From NCBI GenBank assembly GCA_020631475.1, contig JAHDHE010000002.1:3803-67802 (forward strand): a stretch of 64,000 nt of DNA, in the 5' to 3' direction. The notes under the pieces were generated by a model, which saw only the letters and a list, made by a program, of their open reading frames with translations, had not been told where the DNA came from and did not search any database. Made by a program: the position numbers and the translations under genes. Each line of letters begins with the position of its first letter. Positions within the stretch are counted from its first letter, which is position 1. The DNA is from Tenacibaculum sp. (GTDB taxonomy: Bacteria; Bacteroidota; Bacteroidia; Flavobacteriales; Flavobacteriaceae). Positions 9,340 to 19,210 of the stretch are shown here, one piece after another.

Positions 9340-11448
9340 TTAATTTGGATAAGTTATTAAATCTGCTATTTGTCCAGAATTTAGGGTTGGGTTAGCAATA
9401 ATCAAATCTCTTATATGTTCAGTAAAACCTATTATAAAATTATAAGCGTCATTTGGATTTGTAATATTATTGTTGTTTTCTAAGATTTCTCTTACTGCAT
9501 TATTATAATGTTGATGTCCACTTAAATGTAAACTAGTTGGTCTAGGGATTCCATTCTGCGCTTCATTTAAATGAAAGTGCTTACTAGCTTTTGCTGCATT
9601 TTGAACTAACTCTTGGCTTTTTTGAGTCCAAGGAATCAAATGATGAGCATGCAGACCAGTTCCAACTGTACCTATAACTTCGGCAAGTTGTCCTCTTCTA
9701 CCAAAATCAATTACTCCATTAACAGCATCAAAGACTAATTTAGTAGTTCCTCCATTTGTTTTGGCTATAGCTTTTAAAAATTTACCAGTTCCGTTAAAAA
9801 CACTAGTAGGAATTACTTTTACAGCTTTTAAGAGTTTTCCTCCTGGTATAATTTCAACAACTAAAAGTCCCGCAGCAAGCCAACGTGAAGTAGGTTGTCC
9901 TGCAAAATCTTTACCATCTATTAATATTTTTATGTCCTCTACTGGCACTACATAAGTACCAAGTACTTTGGCTAGTTCTTGAATTCCGAGCTCAAAAATA
10001 ATTCTTAAATCATCTGAGGTACTACTGGCTTGTTTTATTAAATAGTTAGACCATTCAGAAGAACCAATTGGTTTTATGTAATAATATTTATCATTTCCAC
10101 TTTCTGATGTAAATTTGCTAGCAAGATTACCATTACTATTTAACGATAACTCTGTTGGGCTAGCAATAACAATAGAGCCGTCTTCCATTTTATAATAAAC
10201 TCTAGCACCGTCGGAAGCTATATGCGTATATTTTTGGTCGTCTCTACCGTTAATTTTACCTGGATTATAATTTAATGTTATTTTTATAGGGTCAGTTTCA
10301 GAAAACTTATCTGCTATTGTACCTAACTCTATTTGGCCATTTACAAATATTATTATTTGTTGATCTTCATTAGAAAAAGAACTTAAAACTGTATTACCAT
10401 CAATAGTATAATTATTGGTTATGGTGTAAATATTAAACAAATAATCACTTAAACTTTTTAAGTCATTTAATGATAGGTTATTTGAATTAATAATAGCCTG
10501 AATATTTTCATACAGTTTAGGAAAAACATTATAAATAGTACTTGTTAAGTACTTTGATATATCACTTATATATACATTGTAATCTGCTACTGTTTCTAAA
10601 AAATAAGTGTTGTTGTCGAGCCTATGCTTTATTAATACTAAATCTTCGTTATAGCTTACGAGTGCTGTAGCTGAAGGAGTTTCGTTATTTGTGTCAGAAA
10701 CTCCACCTCCTCCTAAACTTGGGTCTCCATAATTATTATCAAATAGATTTCCATAGTCGCCAGTTCCCGTACTTTCTCCACCCCCTGAGCAATAAGTAGA
10801 TGTATAATAATCATAAACAGTCTCTTTGCCATGACAATCACAAGATGAAGAGCTAGTGTCTGAATGAACTGTACAAGTACAATGTGTAGCTACAATTACA
10901 GTAATTTGAAAACAACTACCTTTACTCTCTGTATTTTTTAACTGAGTTATCGTTTCTGTTACAGGAATTTGATATTTAGGTTTAAATTCTCCATCAGTGC
11001 TTTTTTTATAATGTATTATATACGAATTTTGGCCCTTTGAATTATTTTCAATTATTAAGTTTTCATAGCCCTCTTTTCGTTCTTCTCTTTTAATTAAAAA
11101 AGTATAAGAAGTATAGTTTTCTTTTGCTACTTTTCTAACTTTGTCTGATGCTATTGTAAAGCATTTTCCGTAAACATCAGTAAATTCACTTGAGTTGCCT
11201 TTTGATTGAGTGTTTATAGATTCAAAAAGTCGTTGCATACTTAATTCTTTAACTAAAAAAGTAAAATCTGAATCTTTGTTTAGAGCAGATAAACTACTGT
11301 TTTCAACAGTATAATCTCCTATTTTGATGTTTTGATTTTCAATCGATTCTAATACAATTAATTCCTCTTGTTTACAATTCCACAACAGCAAAGAAAACCC
11401 TAACAATAAGGTTCCGAGTTTTAAAAAATTTGCAGTTTTGTTTTTCAT
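9340..11448 (-). CDS. Lipoprotein-type polymorphic toxin with C-terminal AHH (HNH/EndoVII-fold) nuclease
   Basis: Lipobox-like LLLWNC-KQEE; Cys/His cluster; pre-toxin-like segment (LLVVEIIPGGK); LHAHHLIPW...NGIPRP..HLSGHQHYN. Confidence 0.8.
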   Translation of the reverse strand: MKNKTANFLKLGTLLLGFSLLLWNCKQEELIVLESIENQNIKIGDYTVENSSLSALNKDSDFTFLVKELSMQRLFESINTQSKGNSSEFTDVYGKCFTIASDKVRKVAKENYTSYTFLIKREERKEGYENLIIENNSKGQNSYIIHYKKSTDGEFKPKYQIPVTETITQLKNTESKGSCFQITVIVATHCTCTVHSDTSSSSCDCHGKETVYDYYTSTYCSGGGESTGTGDYGNLFDNNYGDPSLGGGGVSDTNNETPSATALVSYNEDLVLIKHRLDNNTYFLETVADYNVYISDISKYLTSTIYNVFPKLYENIQAIINSNNLSLNDLKSLSDYLFNIYTITNNYTIDGNTVLSSFSNEDQQIIIFVNGQIELGTIADKFSETDPIKITLNYNPGKINGRDDQKYTHIASDGARVYYKMEDGSIVIASPTELSLNSNGNLASKFTSESGNDKYYYIKPIGSSEWSNYLIKQASSTSDDLRIIFELGIQELAKVLGTYVVPVEDIKILIDGKDFAGQPTSRWLAAGLLVVEIIPGGKLLKAVKVIPTSVFNGTGKFLKAIAKTNGGTTKLVFDAVNGVIDFGRRGQLAEVIGTVGTGLHAHHLIPWTQKSQELVQNAAKASKHFHLNEAQNGIPRPTSLHLSGHQHYNNAVREILENNNNITNPNDAYNFIIGFTEHIRDLIIANPTLNSGQIADLITYPN

Positions 11449-11472
11449 AGTTTTTAGTTTTGATTATTGCAG

Positions 11473-11539
11473 CAAACCTAAAAGAAAAACATGAAATAAT
11501 AAAAGGTATAACCGCAATTAAAAATGTAGATTACCGCAA
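11473..11539 (-). promoter_or_regulatory. Toxin promoter (-7 box TAGGTTTG) with upstream TTGCGGT direct repeats
   Basis: CAAACCTA at 11473-11480; ACCGCAA at 11511-11517 and 11533-11539 (22-bp period). Confidence 0.45.
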
Positions 11540-11549
11540 ATATTTATAA

Positions 11550-12044
11550 TCAAAAAACATGCTTCGCTTTTACAAATTCTTTTTTCCAATAATATTCATT
11601 CATAGAAGAAATAATCACTCCCTTTGAAGTAGTGGAATGAATAAATAAAATGTTATCATTATCAACTGAAGTTACCAAACCAACGTGATTAATTCCTCCT
11701 TTTAAACGAGCGATATCAAAAAACAATAAATCACCAACTTTTACATCTTTTAAATCAACTTCTTTTCCTTTTGTACTAATTGCACTTGAAGATCTTGGTA
11801 ATTGAATTCCTACCTGTTTAAACGATGTATTTACTAAACCAGAACAATCCATTCCTTTTTTGGTGGTTCCTCCTGCTTTGTAAGTAACTCCTTTGTAGGA
11901 ATTTGCAATTTCTAATAATTTAGAAACCTTTAAGTTTTCAATTTTAGAAACTACCGCTTTTTTTGGCTGCTCATTTTCAGCAATAATAAACCGATACGTT
12001 ATAAATACAAGAATCGCTATTAATAAGAGTAGTCTTTTATTCAT
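11550..12044 (-). CDS. NlpC/P60 (C40) peptidase
   Basis: GMDCSGL, GDLLFF, HVG, FIHS catalytic motifs. Confidence 0.92.
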   Translation of the reverse strand: MNKRLLLLIAILVFITYRFIIAENEQPKKAVVSKIENLKVSKLLEIANSYKGVTYKAGGTTKKGMDCSGLVNTSFKQVGIQLPRSSSAISTKGKEVDLKDVKVGDLLFFDIARLKGGINHVGLVTSVDNDNILFIHSTTSKGVIISSMNEYYWKKEFVKAKHVF

Positions 12045-12045
12045 C

Positions 12046-12561
12046 TTACAAAACTCTTTTAGCTCTAATAAATGCTTGCGCCCAATATGGTTGCTGTAAT
12101 GAAGTTACAATAACCCCTTTTGAACTTGTTGAATGTATAAAATGAATATTTCCGTTTTTTACAGAAGTAACCAAACCTACGTGATTTACCCTTCCTCTTT
12201 TACGAGTTGTTTTAAAAAATAACAAATCTCCTCTTTTTACTTTTCGCAAAGAAATATCATATCCTTTAGCATACATTTCGCGAGAAGTTCTTGGTATAGT
12301 AACATTACGTTGCTTAAATGCTGTGTGAATTAACCCAGAGCAATCCATTCCTTTTTTAGTAGTTCCTCCATATTTATAGCGAACACCTTTGTATGAAACT
12401 GCTGTCCAAACAATTTTATCTGCTAAAGTTGGAGTTCCTTTAACGTTTGTGTTTTGTTTAATTACTTTTTTAGGTCTCTTATAAGTAACTGTTTTTTTTG
12501 ATGATCCGCATGAAATCATCAAAAAAGAAATACTAAAAATAAATAGCAGTTTTTTTATCAT
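12046..12561 (-). CDS. NlpC/P60 (C40) peptidase lipoprotein
   Basis: Lipobox LMISC; GMDCSGL, HVG, FIHS; tandem paralog of 11550-12044. Confidence 0.92.
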   Translation of the reverse strand: MIKKLLFIFSISFLMISCGSSKKTVTYKRPKKVIKQNTNVKGTPTLADKIVWTAVSYKGVRYKYGGTTKKGMDCSGLIHTAFKQRNVTIPRTSREMYAKGYDISLRKVKRGDLLFFKTTRKRGRVNHVGLVTSVKNGNIHFIHSTSSKGVIVTSLQQPYWAQAFIRAKRVL

Positions 12562-12566
12562 GCTTT

Positions 12567-12639
12567 TGTCAAATCGAGCGCAGTCGAGATTTAATTCTAC
12601 TAATATTTTTTATTCCTCTCGACTGCGCTCGAGAAGACA
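12567..12639. repeat. REP-like hairpin dimer (TGTC tags outward)
   Basis: TGTC-AAATC-GA-GCGCAGTC-GA-GATTT (+, 12567-12592) and TGTC-TTCTC-GA-GCGCAGTC-GA-GAGG (-, 12615-12639). Confidence 0.85.
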
Positions 12640-12642
12640 TAC

Positions 12643-13752
12643 TTATTTTATTCCTTCAACAATTAATTTAGCTGTTTTTTCTGAAGCTCCTTTTCCTCCT
12701 AACTTTTGTTCTAAATCGAAATAATCTAAAAATAATTGTTCTCTTTGTTTTTCTTCAAGAATTTTAGTGAGTTCAGTTTTTAAATTTTCTTTTGTAAAAT
12801 CATTTTGAATCAACTCTTTTACAACCTCACGATCCATTATTAAATTCACTAAAGAAATATATTCTAAAGTAATAATTCGTTTTGCTATTTGGTATGAAAT
12901 ATTACTTCCCTTATAACAAACTACTTGCGGTACTTTAAATAATGCTGTTTCTAAAGTTGCGGTACCTGATCCTACCAAAGCTGCATGAGAAATACTTAAT
13001 AAATCGTACGTTTTATTGCTGATGAATTTCACATTTTTATCGCCAATAATTTCTTGATAAAATGCTGTTGCTTGACTCGGTGCTCCTCCAACCACAAACT
13101 GATAATTCGTAAAATCATCAACCAAAGACAGCATTATTGATAGCATTTTAGTTATTTCTTGCTTTCTGCTTCCTGGTAGTAATGCTATGATTTCTTTATC
13201 ACCTAAATTATGTTCTTTTCTAAATACTATTTCATCAACCTGTTTTCTGTCGGCAATTCCATCAATTAATGGATGTCCTACAAAATTTACATCATAATCG
13301 TATTTTTTATAGAACTCTTTTTCGAACGGCAGAATCACAAACATATCATCTACATCTCGTTTAATATCTTTTACTCTGCCTGCTCTACTTGCCCAAACTT
13401 GTGGAGAAATATAATAATTAGTTCGAATATTTTGTTGTTTAGCCCATTTTGCAATACGCAAGTTAAAACCTGAATTGTCTATTAAAATAAGCACATCAGG
13501 ATTGAATTTAGCAATATCTTTTTTGCAAAAAGAAATCATTCCTAAAATCTTAGGCAGATTCATTAACACTTCAATAAAGCCCATAAAAGCTCGTTCTTTA
13601 TAGTGCTTTACAAGCGTACCTCCTACTTCTTGCATTAAATCGCCTCCCCAAAAACGTATATCAGCATTTGGATCTTCTTTTAACAAAGCCTTCATTAAAT
13701 TTGCTCCGTGTAAATCTCCAGAAGCTTCTCCTACAAGAATGTAATATTTCAT
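12643..13752 (-). CDS. lpxB: Lipid-A-disaccharide synthase
   Basis: GEASGDLHG, YYISPQVWA, VGHPL, LLPGSRKQE, SGTATLE. Confidence 0.96.
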   Translation of the reverse strand: MKYYILVGEASGDLHGANLMKALLKEDPNADIRFWGGDLMQEVGGTLVKHYKERAFMGFIEVLMNLPKILGMISFCKKDIAKFNPDVLILIDNSGFNLRIAKWAKQQNIRTNYYISPQVWASRAGRVKDIKRDVDDMFVILPFEKEFYKKYDYDVNFVGHPLIDGIADRKQVDEIVFRKEHNLGDKEIIALLPGSRKQEITKMLSIMLSLVDDFTNYQFVVGGAPSQATAFYQEIIGDKNVKFISNKTYDLLSISHAALVGSGTATLETALFKVPQVVCYKGSNISYQIAKRIITLEYISLVNLIMDREVVKELIQNDFTKENLKTELTKILEEKQREQLFLDYFDLEQKLGGKGASEKTAKLIVEGIK

Positions 13753-13761
13753 CTCGTTAAA

Positions 13762-14049
13762 TTAGAAAAATTTTAAAGCTAGTGTTAATAAAGCAATGGC
13801 AATAGTAGTCATTAAAACACCTCTTGCTCTATAATCTTGCCTCTTTTTTAAAAACACCCAAAAAACAAATAAGTTAGGTATTGCTGCTAAAGCTAGTACA
13901 GAACCTAAAACTCCGCCTTCTCTTACCATTTTCATAGTTTCGGCAATAGTACCTTGCGAAATATACTCTAAGTATAAAAATAAACCCGCAGCAGTTGCTA
14001 GTATTGATACTAAAACTCCTATTGCTATTTCTTTTTTTATATGTCCCAT
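13762..14049 (-). CDS. Small membrane protein (3 TM)
   Basis: 95 aa hydrophobic ORF overlapping the surE stop, within the surE-lpxB operon. Confidence 0.8.
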   Translation of the reverse strand: MGHIKKEIAIGVLVSILATAAGLFLYLEYISQGTIAETMKMVREGGVLGSVLALAAIPNLFVFWVFLKKRQDYRARGVLMTTIAIALLTLALKFF

Positions 14050-14807
14050 GAATTTAATTTTTGAATTGCATGATGCGCTGTCATATCAAACTGAACAGGA
14101 ACCACTGAAATATATCCGTTTTCTAATGCCCAAATATCAGTATCCTGACCTTTATCTCTATTGATAAATTCTCCTGATAGCCAATAATATTCTTTTCCGT
14201 GAGGGCTTTTTCGTTTTTCAAAATCTTCTTTCCAATACCCGTTTGCTTGACGACAAACACGAATTCCTTTAATATCGTTTTCTTTTAATTTTGGAATATT
14301 TACGTTTAACACTACTCCATCTGGCAAGCCATTTAGTAAAACGTTTAACGTAATTTTTTCGATAAACTTTTTTGCTGCTCTAAAATCAGCATGCCAGTCA
14401 AAATCTAACAATGAAAAGCCTATTGCAGGAATACCTTCTATACCAGCTTCAACAGCTGCACTCATAGTACCAGAATAAATTACATTGATTGATGAATTTG
14501 ACCCGTGATTAATTCCTGACACACATAAATCTGGCGTACGATTTAAAATTTCATTTTTCGCCATTTTAACACAATCGGCAGGAGTACCAGAACAACTATA
14601 TTCAATCTGAGGTCCCTCATCAATCGTAATCGGATTACAATGCAAAACATTGTTTACAGTTATTGCATGTCCCATACCACTTTGTGGACTATCAGGAGCA
14701 ACTACTACAACATCTCCAATTTTGTTCATTATTTCAATAAGCATACGAATACCAGGAGCGGTAATTCCATCGTCATTTGTAACCAAGATTAAGGGTCTTT
14801 CTTGCAT
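14037..14807 (-). CDS. surE: 5'/3'-nucleotidase SurE
   Basis: ILVTNDDGITAPG, GTPADCV, SGINHG, YSGTMSAAVE. Confidence 0.96.
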   Translation of the reverse strand: MQERPLILVTNDDGITAPGIRMLIEIMNKIGDVVVVAPDSPQSGMGHAITVNNVLHCNPITIDEGPQIEYSCSGTPADCVKMAKNEILNRTPDLCVSGINHGSNSSINVIYSGTMSAAVEAGIEGIPAIGFSLLDFDWHADFRAAKKFIEKITLNVLLNGLPDGVVLNVNIPKLKENDIKGIRVCRQANGYWKEDFEKRKSPHGKEYYWLSGEFINRDKGQDTDIWALENGYISVVPVQFDMTAHHAIQKLNSWDI

Positions 14808-14922
14808 AATGTGTTAGTTTAACAACAAATGTAACACAAAAAAAGCATTATTATTTTAACATTTTGTAAAGATAGAATCGTTTATATTATGCGTAAAATT
14901 GTAGTAATCAAACCCAAACATT

Positions 14923-15444
14923 ATGATACGTGTTATAGTTTATGTTACCGTTTTTATCATTTCCGCATTTTTTTCAGTTATAACGGCTCAAAACAAAACA
15001 AGTATTCCCTGTAGTTCACCTGAATATGCACAATTTGACTTTTGGGTTGGTAATTGGGATGTTTATGATGCTAATGATAAATTAATAGGACATAATAACG
15101 TTGTAAGAGTACCCAATGCTTGTGCTATTCAAGAAAACTGGAGTTCTGAAACATCAAAAAGTGAAGGAACAAGTTATAACTACTACAACAAAACTGATAA
15201 TTCTTGGAATCAAGTTTGGATTGACAACTCTGGTTTTTCACTCGAATTAAAAGGTCATTTTAAAAATAACGCTATGGTTTTAAAAAGTAACCTAATTAAA
15301 AGCAACAAATGCAATTACTATAATCTAATTACTTGGACTAAAAACAATGATGGTTCTGTTACACAGGTTTGGGATTACATAAATGAAAATCATAAAAAAA
15401 TTAAAGAAGTTTTTAGAGGAATTTATAAAAAGCACCAAGAATAA
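14923..15444 (+). CDS. Exported hypothetical protein
   Basis: Signal peptide; QFDFWVGNWDV and W.QVWIDN motifs typical of a conserved beta-rich family. Confidence 0.8.
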   Translation: MIRVIVYVTVFIISAFFSVITAQNKTSIPCSSPEYAQFDFWVGNWDVYDANDKLIGHNNVVRVPNACAIQENWSSETSKSEGTSYNYYNKTDNSWNQVWIDNSGFSLELKGHFKNNAMVLKSNLIKSNKCNYYNLITWTKNNDGSVTQVWDYINENHKKIKEVFRGIYKKHQE

Positions 15445-15512
15445 AAAATTGGCATTATTTTAGTAGATTAGCAGTATAAGTAGCACAAAAAATAAAAAAA
15501 GACAGAAGATAC

Positions 15513-17633
15513 ATGAAGACGAAGTTTATCATTCCATTTTTAACATTAACGTTATTATTTTCAAATACCACATATTCTAACTCAATTTCAGACACAAATC
15601 CTGATAAGGATCGAGTAATTGTTTATGTTTTAAAAAATATTTTAGGACGTTATCATTATGTTCAAAAAGAACTAAATGATGAATTTTCTGAACATGTATA
15701 TACTACTTTTATAGATGGACTAGATCCTAGTAAAAGATATTTTACACAAGAAGATTTAAATGAGTTTTCTCAATTTAAATATTTAATTGACGATCAATTA
15801 AGAGATACTAATATTGATTTTTATAAATTAGTTTATAATCGTTTTTTAGAGAAATTAGGTGCTGCTAAAAATAACTATCGTGCTTTATTAGCACAACCTT
15901 TTAATTACAAAAAGAAAGAAGTTATTGATATTGATTATGATAAAATTCCATTCGCTAAAAATGAAATTGAACTAGTTGATTATTGGAGAAAACAATTAAA
16001 ACTATCAGTTTTAAGTAGAATTGAAGATGCCGAAAACTCACAAAATGAAAAAGCAAAAAAAGATGCTAGCTTCAAGAAAAAATCTTTTACCGAGTTAGAA
16101 GTAACTGCAAGAAAAGAAGTTTTAAAAAACATGAACGATTTATACTTACGTATAGATGAGCTTGAAAACTCAGATTGGTATTCTACATTTTTAAATAGTG
16201 TTGTTTCTGGTTTCGATCCACACACTACTTATATGTCACCAAGAAGAAAATCTCGTTTCGATCAAGAAATGTCGGGTAAATTAGAAGGCATTGGTGCACG
16301 TTTACAGAAAAAAGGAATTTACACACATATTGTTGAATTAATTTCTGGCGGACCAGCATGGAAACAAGGTGAGTTAGAAGCTGATGATATTATTTTAAAA
16401 GTTGCTCAAGGTGATAAAGAACCTATAGATATTGTTGGTATGCGTTTAGACGATGCTATTAAATTTATTAAAGGAAAAAAAGGAACTGAAGTACGTTTAA
16501 CCGTTAAGAAAAAAATTGACGGATCAATTAAAGTAATCCCTATTATTAGAGATGTTGTTGAACTTGAAGAAACTTTTGTTAAATCGAGTATAGTTGAAAA
16601 AAATGGTGAAAAGTATGGAGTCATTAACTTACCAAGATTCTATATAGATTTTAATGATTTAAGCCGTAGAGATGCCGCTAAAGACATGGAAAAAGAAATT
16701 GAGCGTTTAAAAAATGAAGATGTAAAAGGTTTAATTGTTGATTTACGTGATAATGGTGGTGGTTCTTTAAAAACAGCTATAGAAATTGGTGGATTATTTA
16801 TTGAAAAAGGACCAATCGTACAAGTAAAATATAGAGGTGAACAACCTTTAGTTAAAAATGACACTGATGCTAAAATTCAATGGGATGGACCTCTAGTAGT
16901 TATGGTTAATGAATTTTCAGCTTCTGCTTCAGAAATTTTTGCTGCTGCAATGCAAGATTACAAACGTGGAGTTATTATTGGAGGCAAACAAACTTATGGT
17001 AAAGGTACGGTTCAGAACGTTTTACCAATTAATCGTTTTTATGAAAAATACCCTAGTGATTTAGGTGCTTTGAAAATGACTATTCAAAAATTCTATAGAA
17101 TAAACGGTGGATCTACGCAAATAGAAGGTGTGTATTCTGATATTTCTTTACCAAGCAGATACAGCTACATGAAATTTGGAGAGCGTGATTTAGATGGGGC
17201 TTTACCTTGGGATAAGGTAAAACAAGCTAAATATACTACAACAAATTCTTATAGTAATTTTGCTGACGTTGTTTATAACAGTAAACAACGAATTATGAAA
17301 GATGATAAGTTTCAAAAAATTAATGATTATGCTAAATGGCTAAAGAAAAATCAAGATGAAAGAGTGTACTCATTAAACTACAACGAGTTTAAAAAAGAAA
17401 GTGAGCAAAAAAATAAAGAAGGCGAACAGTTTAAAGAAGTATTTAAGTTTGATTCTAACCTAACTTTTAACTCACCTAAATACGAACTAGATTTATTTAA
17501 AAAAGACAGTGTTTTAGAAGAAAAGCGTATTGTTTGGCATAAAAATCTTAAAAAAGACATTTACATGAACGAAGCACTTAATGTGTTGAGTGAATTAAAA
17601 ATGAATAAAAATTATACCATTGTAAAACAATAA
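15513..17633 (+). CDS. prc: Carboxy-terminal processing protease (S41, Prc/Tsp)
   Basis: DPHTTY, PDZ GIGA, DLRDNGGGSL, SASASEIFA, TYGKGTVQ. Confidence 0.94.
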   Translation: MKTKFIIPFLTLTLLFSNTTYSNSISDTNPDKDRVIVYVLKNILGRYHYVQKELNDEFSEHVYTTFIDGLDPSKRYFTQEDLNEFSQFKYLIDDQLRDTNIDFYKLVYNRFLEKLGAAKNNYRALLAQPFNYKKKEVIDIDYDKIPFAKNEIELVDYWRKQLKLSVLSRIEDAENSQNEKAKKDASFKKKSFTELEVTARKEVLKNMNDLYLRIDELENSDWYSTFLNSVVSGFDPHTTYMSPRRKSRFDQEMSGKLEGIGARLQKKGIYTHIVELISGGPAWKQGELEADDIILKVAQGDKEPIDIVGMRLDDAIKFIKGKKGTEVRLTVKKKIDGSIKVIPIIRDVVELEETFVKSSIVEKNGEKYGVINLPRFYIDFNDLSRRDAAKDMEKEIERLKNEDVKGLIVDLRDNGGGSLKTAIEIGGLFIEKGPIVQVKYRGEQPLVKNDTDAKIQWDGPLVVMVNEFSASASEIFAAAMQDYKRGVIIGGKQTYGKGTVQNVLPINRFYEKYPSDLGALKMTIQKFYRINGGSTQIEGVYSDISLPSRYSYMKFGERDLDGALPWDKVKQAKYTTTNSYSNFADVVYNSKQRIMKDDKFQKINDYAKWLKKNQDERVYSLNYNEFKKESEQKNKEGEQFKEVFKFDSNLTFNSPKYELDLFKKDSVLEEKRIVWHKNLKKDIYMNEALNVLSELKMNKNYTIVKQ

Positions 17634-17723
17634 AATATATTTTATTGTTTTATTGTTTTACAATCGTATATTTATAGAGGAGTATAAATATTCTTATAGA
17701 AGTTTTATCAATTTTTAAAAAAC

Positions 17724-18347
17724 ATGCTATTTATCAGAAATAAAATTAAAAATTTACTTTACAACGGTCAGTATTACAATAGTTACTTTAATCATTGTAT
17801 TAATAACTATAAAAAAATTGTGAATTATATTACATTGTTTGAAAATATACTAGAAACTAGTAATATTATAAAAACAAATAGTGATATAAACTATTCTAGT
17901 GATGTACAATTTGGTATGCAATTAAGTAAAGTTAGGTCTAAAATTACAGTTCCTAATAGATTAGTGAAAAATCCTAATCTTTGCGATATAATTTTTTACA
18001 AAACAGATCTTGAAAATCAAAAATTTATTGTTGAATTACACTTTTTTAAACAAAAATTAGTCTTTTTTAAATATATATTTCCCCCTACTACGGATAAAGA
18101 AAAAATAAAAAAATTAATACAACATAAATATTTTAATCAAAAGACAAATATAGATATAGAAAAAATTCTAATTACTGACACAAATAAAAACTACATGAAA
18201 CTAGAAAACAGTGTTAATTTTTCTATTTGTTATTTTTCTCTAAATTTTGGGTTTTATAATTTCTTAATTGAAAACAAAAAACAAATTAATCAATGCAAAG
18301 TATCTAAACAAAATTTAGTTTATGATAAATTAAGAGAAACTATATAA
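17724..18347 (+). CDS. Hypothetical protein
   Basis: 207-aa ORF, very AT-rich, no recognisable motif. Confidence 0.6.
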   Translation: MLFIRNKIKNLLYNGQYYNSYFNHCINNYKKIVNYITLFENILETSNIIKTNSDINYSSDVQFGMQLSKVRSKITVPNRLVKNPNLCDIIFYKTDLENQKFIVELHFFKQKLVFFKYIFPPTTDKEKIKKLIQHKYFNQKTNIDIEKILITDTNKNYMKLENSVNFSICYFSLNFGFYNFLIENKKQINQCKVSKQNLVYDKLRETI

Positions 18348-19143
18348 CTGTATTTAATTCTATTCTTACAACCAAACCTTCATTAGCACGAACGTTAAAA
18401 ACAGTATTGTCTTCAAAAATTAAATATTGTCCTTTAACACCAACTAATTTACCTGTGTAAGATTTTTCTTTTACGATATTTAAACTTTTAGGTTTTTCAG
18501 GGTATTGCTCAACAGGAAAATTAATTGTAGTTTCTTTATTGTTTTCTATAAAATATGGTTGAACTTCATCTGGAATAAATGCTCTTAATTTCTCTTGCCA
18601 AGAAACTAAACTCTCATCTTCAATATCATTTTTTAACATCTTACGCCAATTCGTTTTATCAGCAACATGCTCTTTTAAAGCAACCTCTGTAATTCCTGCT
18701 AAATAACGATTAGGAACCTCAACTATTTCAATAGCCTCATGCGCTCCCTGATCTATCCAACGAGTTGGTACTTGTTGTTTTCTTGTAACCCCCACTTTTA
18801 CATTACTCGAATTTGCTAAATACACAATATGTGGTTGCAATTGCACTTTTTTCTCGTACTCTAAATCACGGTCTTCAATACCTAAATGCGCCTTACTTAA
18901 TTCCGGACGCATAATCCAATCTCCAGCATTTGGTGTTTCAAAAAAACAATTCTTGCAAAAACCTTGACGATAAATTTGTTTTTCTAAATGACAATTTAAA
19001 CACTCATAAGTAACAAAATCCATTGTTATTTGCTTACCTATTAACTGATTCATATTTAAAAAATCAGATTTCATATCTAAATAATACTGTACCGTATCTA
19101 AATTTTCGGTAGCCATTTTTTTTAAAACTCCTTGGTATTGCAT
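18340..19143 (-). CDS. DUF2797-family protein
   Basis: CxxC...CxxC, PHIVYLANSS.VKVGVTR, RWIDQGA. Confidence 0.85.
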   Translation of the reverse strand: MQYQGVLKKMATENLDTVQYYLDMKSDFLNMNQLIGKQITMDFVTYECLNCHLEKQIYRQGFCKNCFFETPNAGDWIMRPELSKAHLGIEDRDLEYEKKVQLQPHIVYLANSSNVKVGVTRKQQVPTRWIDQGAHEAIEIVEVPNRYLAGITEVALKEHVADKTNWRKMLKNDIEDESLVSWQEKLRAFIPDEVQPYFIENNKETTINFPVEQYPEKPKSLNIVKEKSYTGKLVGVKGQYLIFEDNTVFNVRANEGLVVRIELNTVI

Positions 19144-19210
19144 GTCTTAAATTTTAGTACTTTTAACTGCAACAAACTTACAGTAAAAAAATTGAATTAA
19201 GAGTTAACCT

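Noticed and set aside
17724-18347. Very AT-rich ORF as a horizontally acquired or defence gene
   Set aside because: No motif, repeat or mobility signal supports a specific claim.
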